In this document: positions 56,556 to 64,000 of the stretch, piece after piece
Position numbering within the stretch: the stretch's first letter is position 1
Layout of the letters: every line of letters starts with the position of its first letter
Assembly: GCF_964204645.1 (NCBI RefSeq)
Contig: NC_134028.1
Location: 25,416,345-25,480,344 of the forward strand
Direction: 5' to 3'
Length of the DNA: 64,000 nucleotides
Source: Tubulanus polymorphus
Lineage: Eukaryota; Animalia; Nemertea
Made by a program: the position numbers and the translations under genes
The notes under the pieces: generated by a model
What the model saw: the letters and a program-made list of their open reading frames with translations, nothing else
Told to the model about the DNA's origin: nothing
The model's database searches: none

Positions 56556-57935
56556 ATGTCGTTTCAATTGTTATCACGATTGGTATTATCAAATACGCTG
56601 AATTTAGGTGGGTGTTAGTTTATAGTGAAATGATGACTTGATCTTCAATAATCTCGAACAATTGGATCTAATCTTGCCCTCCCCAACAAATCCAATCCTC
56701 CACACGTCATGGGCCAAAAACGAAAATGGGCCTGAACTGAAATAACTTGACATTGAATACAAATAGTATTGATTTTCATTTTGATTTCCTAAAGGACACA
56801 AACCTGTTCTAGAAATATGATCCTGGGCTTGAAGCTGAACCTGTCTACGAATTGCAACATTTTTCATTCCAGATTCAATGTTTGGTAATCAGTTCGTTAG
56901 ATATGCGTCTAAAAAATCGGGAGGCAGTTCACGAAATAAAAAACACACGTCACGCGGGAAAAACCGAGGCATACGAGTGAAAGAAGGACAGTTAGTTCAC
57001 AAAGGTCAATTATTAGTAAAACAATTAGGAATGAAATATTGGCCTGGAGAGAATGTAAGTTTTTCGCCCGATGGTAGTCTGTGTTATTTTCTTGATTGTA
57101 ATAATTGAATGACTAGTGAAATACTCATGAAAGCAACGTGTAGGTAACCCGACCCGTGGAGACCTAAACCTCCAGCAAGGAGTATTACTCAAGATCACCA
57201 CGTGCCCTGACATTCAGGTGATGGAGACAAGCAGCAAACTCTTTTCTGATAATGGTTTTACATGTGGTATTTTCTTTTTTTTCGTTAATACCAGCAAGTT
57301 GCTATATGAAATGTTGATAAACTTAAACAGGATTAAAGTTGAGCATAGTTAAAGTTGAGCGTAGTTAGATAGAGGGAGGTGGGTTCACTCCCAGCTCCCT
57401 GAGTTGAACTGTAAATCCTGTAAACATGCTATGCTATCAATCCCCCTATTATATTCTAGTACCACAATGTATCATAAAATGGTGCATGTGTCTACTCTGG
57501 CCGACTTCAAAATGCCATCATAGATAAAATTTAATATCCCAAAGTTATTTGTCCATTAAAACTGACACAGCATAGATATTGAACTAATTATATCGTCCTA
57601 GACCTTCTACGTATCCACCATGACGAGATAGTCACGTATTTGATGTCTAACGGCTACTGGATCACGGTTACTCAATGATCGACCCTCACAATCATCATAA
57701 TAGAAGATTGATGGTATATTTGTAGGTTTTTTGTGATCCGAGGTATTGCGGATTATCAGCGACCGTGGACGGCAGAGTGTTGATATCGGAGGAGACGTTG
57801 TCCCCGTTCCCGGACAGCCCGTTATATCGACCCGTCAATGAACAAGGCGTCGTCATCAAAAAGCACTTCGTTCACGTATTGGAACATCCTTCGACTAAAG
57901 TTGGACGATTTAAACTTGTTTCATTAGAATCGTGA
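56556..57935 (+). CDS. MRPL27: Mitochondrial large ribosomal subunit protein bL27m, 3 exons
   Basis: Exons 56556-56607, 56873-57054, 57726-57935. VRYASKKSGGSSRN..RGIRVKEGQLVHKGQLLVKQLGMKYWPGENV is the L27 signature. C-terminal GRFKLV. Confidence 0.93.
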
Positions 57936-58634
57936 TGTGTTTGGCCTCTAGATCTTTGTCAAGTAGCGTCATTATCTTATACGAAACATTGTCATAAATT
58001 TGTTTGTCAATCAATTACTGTCATTATCGTTGCTAGTTGATTTTCATCACATTCAACTCAATTTGATAGTGGATAAATACTCTCTATTCAATGGGGTGAA
58101 GATTACGATTACAGAGCAACCATAGCCAAGACAAATATCACGATTACAGATAACCTTTCAAATAATCAGGATCACCAATTGCTTTCAAAAGATATTACTA
58201 AAAGGCTGTTAAATTCCTTATCTAATTCGCATTTATTTGCATTAAGAAATCATTTATAAAGAATCACAAAAAAATCTCAATTTTAATACTGTCAAAAATA
58301 ATGCATACATAGTATTCATCATCGTAAACTTTAAACTCTCTGGTTTAAATAAATATCTTTCATATTTTAATCTCTTGTCAGGTTTATTAGTTAAATCAAA
58401 CACATAATATAAGCATCGAAAAAATAACGCGTATATCCATTATTTTGTACACGTATATATAAAGGCAAAGAGAATATTTACATTTCTTGAATAAATATAA
58501 CATACATACCGGGTAGTAATCATTACATATTTACTAGGGAGTTTATTATTATTGTGTACAAATTGGCACAACTTGCATAAAACTTGCACATCGTTTTAAT
58601 TTTCTTTAAGTACAAGTTGCGCGAGTACATCTCT

Positions 58635-61600
58635 TTAAGGTTGCGAGTTACCGTCGAACAAAACATCTTTGACTCTGCTCAATAGAAACTGCTTGTCTTT
58701 TCCTTCCTATAATCAAATACAGAAATGTTTCTCTTATTAAGAAAATGAAATATGCCTTAGATGTTGTGGAATAACAGGATCTTACCAAAACGAGTTCTTC
58801 TTTCAATAACTCGATCATTCTCTTTCGTCCAGCAGATACCGCATAATAATAGTACATTAATAAACTGCAGTAGAAAATTACGAGATGATGAATATTTAAT
58901 GCAATTATCGGACAGGAAACAGATAATGCTTTTACAGGTGCTTGAAACTCCTCTTATTTGAGCAAAATACCTGGAACTCCTTCAATTTTGAGAAATAGGG
59001 AATTAGAAACGTTTGTAGTTCTATAGGAAACTAGGCCTAAATCGTCGCAGTTGGGACCAGGATTTCTTATTACGCAATTAGGTGGTAACTGAGTTTATAT
59101 ACATGTAGTGTATAGAAAAGATATTTGCTTACACATCCACCAAATTAACCTAGATAAACAGTACCAATTAAGGAGGAGTCTACGATACACTGATTGCGAT
59201 ATGAAAGGGATGCGGACACTTCCACGGAATTTTCTGCTTGAAAACTCTGTATATCCAGGAATGACTAATCTGTCAGTAGGGACCCTGCTAGGCAGATGCT
59301 TGAGAAAGTAAGATTTTTTTCCCAACTTGAATTAAGCCTCTTAATGCCCTTAAAATTCCAAGAACCCCAAAACTTAGTATCTTACTCTGCACGTCATTGC
59401 CTAGAGGTGGGCTACGACTTGCGCAACAGTCAGGATTGACTTCTGGACCCATATATGAATAGAATTAGCGGCAGATACTTACCACATAAGAATGATTAGA
59501 GGAACGTAGAAATGAGGAGAACCGAGAAACTGGACCGGTTTTCCGATGACATTAGGCAGTGTTTTCACTGTATTTTCGATAGTGTCGAACATCGTGTGAT
59601 TGGGTGAGCTGTAAACTCTGAACGCACCACAACCCTGAGACGGCGGGATCCTAAATATTGAAAAAAACAATTCATCATTTAATATGGGGATGGAATCGTT
59701 TAAAAACGGATGAAAATGATAAGTGGTGACTTACTGCCCGATACTATAACCAACAGGAATCAACGTCAGTATATACGAAATCAGTAGAATGTACAGGAAA
59801 AACTTGTGCGATTTGGAAGCTTTGTAAGTTCTAGTAGATGATACGCACCAATAAATAACAGTCACCTTCAAAATAAACACAAAATTATCATCAGTATTGG
59901 TATCTGATACCGTCACTCACTTGATAATCAAGTGAGTGACGGTATCTTCACTGGTTAGCTGTACATAGTTTATTAACTGTGTTGTAGCGCGCGCTTTAGA
60001 CTAGTTTCGAAATCAATACCTGGTATATGAATTTATCAATTAAGAATATCTGATGGAACGAAAGTCTTACCTTTTTCAAGTAGAAGAGCAAGAATAGCTT
60101 CAACACGGTAATTGCTGGTATTAAGATACAGAAGAAACCACCAATCCTAAAATTGCAACATCATTTTTTTCATAGCCGTATTCTAGGCCTTTATATCTTC
60201 ATAAATCAACATTTCAATAGACAAGTCGACTAACCAGCAAAGCACTTGAGCGTAAACAATATCCAGAACATTCTTCGGAATGTCGAATTCCTCTTTACCC
60301 AGCCATTTTATCAACTTTGATTTGTCTTCGAGTCTCGATACCACAAAACTGTGAATATTGCGAACATTAAATCATGCAGCATATGTTTTACGCTTTAAGA
60401 AATAATGATAGTATGTATTATTGACTTACTATCTTATGAAAGATGCAATTGTGACCAAAAATTGCACAGCAAAATCCAGTATGACAAGTTTGTAAAACGA
60501 TTGACCGACATAAGTCTCCCAACACTGAAAAACATTGACAGTAAATGAAAAATATAACACATAGAAAATATGGACTTTTTTGATCAGTGAATAGATACAC
60601 ATTTCAGACAAACCTTCAGCTGTGGACAAGTGCCACATTCTTTATTACAACCGGTGATTTGTCCGTACAGGGACGCGATAAGAACGGCTAACGATGCCAA
60701 TCTCAGAAAAACAGTCCTGAAAGAAAATCATACTCATGAGATTCTTCTTGTACATAATACGTAAATAGATGATGACATCTAAATTTCTACAAACCTGAGG
60801 AGAGTTATTCGAATTTCAGCTTCAGGGCTATAATCCTCTAACTCGGCGATACTCAAAAATAACATCGGAATTACAAAGTTCAAAATCATGATGACGCCAG
60901 CGGGCATGTACTCTATCAATAGCAAGACTATTTCAGACTTTTGTTTCGGTTCTTTCAACAGCTGAAATTTAATTATAGTAATGATAATAATAATAATGAT
61001 TGTTTAATTTCTCACGCCACTTAACATACGAATAACTTAAGAATCATTAACATAAAATATTGAGATATTAACTAGATATAAAAAAGATAATCACACTTCA
61101 ATTCTTCTAAAAAGTTAAGATTACTTTTAAAAGCATCAATAGACGGGCTTTCCCTGACAGTTCTAGGTATAGAGTGCTGTGATCTTAAAAGCTTCAATAA
61201 TTTCCTATTTGCACATGCTTGACTAAAACAGTAGGATCCTGACAAGACCGTAGATAACAAGCTGCTACGTAAGGAGACCGTAGTGATTTTAGGTAGAATG
61301 GACATTGGTTATGAAGAATTTTAAAAACAAGTATCAATAATTCATATTCAATTCTAATAGCAACTGGTAACCAATGATGAGGAATCAAAAATGGTGTTAT
61401 GTGATCTTTTGGAAATCAATTGTGTTGCATTATTTTGAATTGACTGCAAACGTTTTATAAGAGTATTGGTTAAATTCACAATGTAATTAATGAGAGATTT
61501 GTCCAATTTGTCCAATTTGTCCAGGGAGACTTAAGAAAATATTCCAGTAGATGATATACAAACCTCTAATGATTTGCCATTAACCCAGAATATGAGATAT

Positions 61601-64000
61601 CCAGCTGCTCCGAGAATAGCTACAACGATCATATTGATCAAAATACGCGTGATGATCACTTTCAGTTTCTTTCCAAACGTTCGATTTTCTCTTTCTTCCT
61701 GCAAACGCTCAATTTCCATATCAATCTGAAACATTGGTGAAATTGGTGTATAGTGGAATTTTCACATCTATTCACATTATCATTCTTTACTTTTTCACTG
61801 TGAAAAATCCACCTTTTGCAACTAATAATTTTCAAAGTATAAATAAATAAGCAAAAAAGTATGTCAAGATTTTCTGCGAACTAATTTCATACATTTTTGA
61901 AAATTTGTTAACATATTTTTCACCATTTTCACAGAAATTTTAGCTTCAAGAATCTTTTACATTTTTAAGATCAATCACACCCTTGAAAGTGGCATTTTAT
62001 GAATGGTTTCAAGAAAACTAAATTTACCGTAAATTCACGGTGAAGTTTTGCCTGTTTCTCCCGGGCCAGTTGCAGATCGGTCATACAATAATCCCAACCG
62101 CAGAAAACTGTATTTGCATATTTAAAGTACGTGTCACCTTCGACGATGAACATACTCTTAAATCCTGAACCAGTTCTATAAGAGATAGATGATAATCAAC
62201 AAAACAATCGGATCCCCAGATCTGAATAAAATATGATTCAGTAATCGCTTATTTTAAACTTACGCTATAACGAGTAGAAGTAAGCTGACTAGATAATAAG
62301 CCCCAGTTGCCAGCAGATACGCGAGAGGCATGTTATAGACCGTAACGTGACCCTGTTTTATAGTTTGGTCGATGTAGGTTTTATTGAAGTAATAACCGTA
62401 AAACAAAATCGTTCTTTCCAACCAACCCTAAAAGACAGAAGCATTCACGTATTAAATCTTCGCTTTTCAGGGAAAATTGCATTAGGTCTTTTTACTGAAA
62501 AATGGTCTCTACAGAGAGTCTGAAACATGAATGAGAAATGTATCAAATCTGGTTGAAACTCTGACTCCAGCTCTGCAGTTCCGCGTTAAGATTTGCCTGC
62601 TGTGAACTAATTCTAACCCGCAACTGATTCCAGGTTTTGTTTCTCACAATTTTTGATCAATGAATTTCGTTTTCAATCTTTTGAATTCGTACGAAGTGGG
62701 CTTTATCTAATCCTATTATCTATTCTCCACGTTTTGCTCCGCGCTGTTCTTCTAATTGTTCTTACCGTCCCTTTCAAAAGATCCAATACTTTATCGAATG
62801 TAGTTGAAACTTGCGTCTTGTTGTTGATGAAATCTTCGTATTTCTTCGAACAGACGACCGACTGTTCGACGAACGAGATGTTCTCAGTGTTGTAATCGGT
62901 AAGCGCACTCGCCGTCGCGGAGTCGTTCCAAACCGCCGAAATCGACGTCAGATTATCGCCGGTGCTAAGACGGACGGCTTCGCGGAAATTGTGCGGTTTT
63001 AAAATGAGTTGCGGAATCAGAACGACGGCGATCATTATGACGGAGATGTAAATATTCAGAAAAAACAGCCATTTCAGGAATCGGAAGAACGAACCGACAC
63101 CCATCCCGAATCCACCTGGAAATGTTTAAAATCATCATTATTTAACATTAATAATTTTCTGACGACTTATCTTATTTAAGAGACTTGAAACGTGGGATTT
63201 TAAATCATGGGCTTAACCAAAATGTAATTCTCAGGTGATAACACAACTGAAGGCTGTAGTCAAATGAAACACTCTAATCTGTGTACACTGTACATGATCG
63301 AAGAAGTCCCACAATTCGAATTTTTTATGAAATAATTTATCAAAACGAAACTACATCATTTCGGCTGTTGACTAACAGCCATCATCAGGTGGAATCAGAT
63401 ATTAATCAACAGCTGAAACGTTGTGGTTTCGCTTTAATCAATTATTTCATATAAATTCGAATTGTGGGACCTCTTCAATTAACAACTGAAGGTTATCTTG
63501 CAAAAATGAAAATACTTCTGCCCTCTAGGTATCCGGTACCTTCAATGGCTTTAAATGAACTATTCCATACTTTCAGTTTGTACATAGCATCTTTTGCATC
63601 GCGTTTAAAATTCTGCCATTTCTGAAGAATAGAAAGACAACCTGTACAATCTAAATCACTTCACTAACTGATGAGGATTAGTTTTTGTTGATCTGATGCT
63701 TACCACTCGATTCCTATGTTTCACACCAGCAACACCTTTCAGTTTCTTCATCGGGGCATTCTGTATTTGCATCCTTTACATAACAATGACATCATTAAAT
63801 TTTAGAGTCCGAAATGTTGAGTCTTTCATATTTGATTTTGATTCTTCAGATAATTTTAGACAAATACATGCAAATCTGATTGATCGTTTAATCAAACCTC
63901 AATTCTCGTTTGATCGTTAAAGATGTCGCCATATCTTTAACGGCTTGTTCTTGATTCCACTGTTCATCTTCGTCTACTTCATCGTCGACTAAATCCGTTT
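58635..64000 (-). CDS. Transmembrane channel-like protein, TMC4-8/TMC7-like (5' end outside the window)
   Basis: Exons >64000-63704, 63621-63540, 63115-62766, 62427-62264, 62175-62028, 61725-61564, 60961-60795, 60716-60614, 60524-60430, 60348-60235, 60146-60071, 59865-59735, 59650-59483, 58864-58786, 58706-58635. Motifs: IEGGFGMGVGSFFRFLKWL, YNMPLAY, VFCGWDY, TMC signature CWETYVGQSFYKL, EFDIPKNVLDIVY, PPSQGCGAFR, EGKDKQFL. Confidence 0.92.
59906..59946. repeat. Perfect palindrome (20-bp arms, 1-nt spacer)
   Basis: gataccgtcactcacttgat-a-atcaagtgagtgacggtatc. Confidence 0.95.
61090..61505 (-). mobile_element. Decayed 3' fragment of a CR1/L2-clade LINE ORF2
   Basis: IKRLQSIQN..HWLPVAIRIEYELLILVFKILHNQCPFYL..SIPRTVRESPSIDAFKSNL is the typical L2-type C-terminal region, here with frameshifts. 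Boundaries approximate. Confidence 0.8.
63300..63476. mobile_element. Penelope-like foldback remnant with hammerhead core, in a TMC intron
   Basis: Inverted arms gaagaagtcccacaattcgaat...attcgaattgtgggacctcttc. Minus 63392-63359 reads CCAC-CTGATGA-T-GGCTGTT-agtc-AACAGCC-GAAA. Confidence 0.65.

Noticed and set aside
57107-57216. Possible intronic C/D snoRNA in MRPL27 (TGAATG...CTGA-CATTCA)
   Set aside because: There is a terminal stem and a D box, but no acceptable C box or recognisable rRNA guide.

Overview
Eukaryotic, AT-rich invertebrate genomic DNA with short GT-AG introns. Most entries in the ORF track are spurious or exon fragments. By splicing manually I reconstruct nine genes from ~15.6 kb onward: MICU1 (-), PCNA (-), CDP-diacylglycerol synthase CDS (-), a C4orf45/SPMIP2-like gene (+), PGS1 (-), PDAP1 (+), a divergent arrestin-fold gene lacking PPxY (-), MRPL27 (+) and the 3' part of a TMC7-like channel (-). 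The first ~15 kb has no recognisable coding exon and holds MITEs, tandem repeats and foldbacks. Points worth follow-up: CDS and PGS1 (consecutive steps of phosphatidylglycerol/cardiolipin synthesis) lie side by side, next to a PCNA-CDS pair that is also adjacent in human; two Penelope-type foldbacks carry minimal hammerhead ribozyme cores; a twice-repeated interleaved-helix module sits at 12.3-12.7 kb; a CDS exon fragment is copied into its own intron between 49-bp direct repeats; and there is a young tRNA-derived SINE with a target-site duplication. All coordinates and counts were read by hand and no database search was run.
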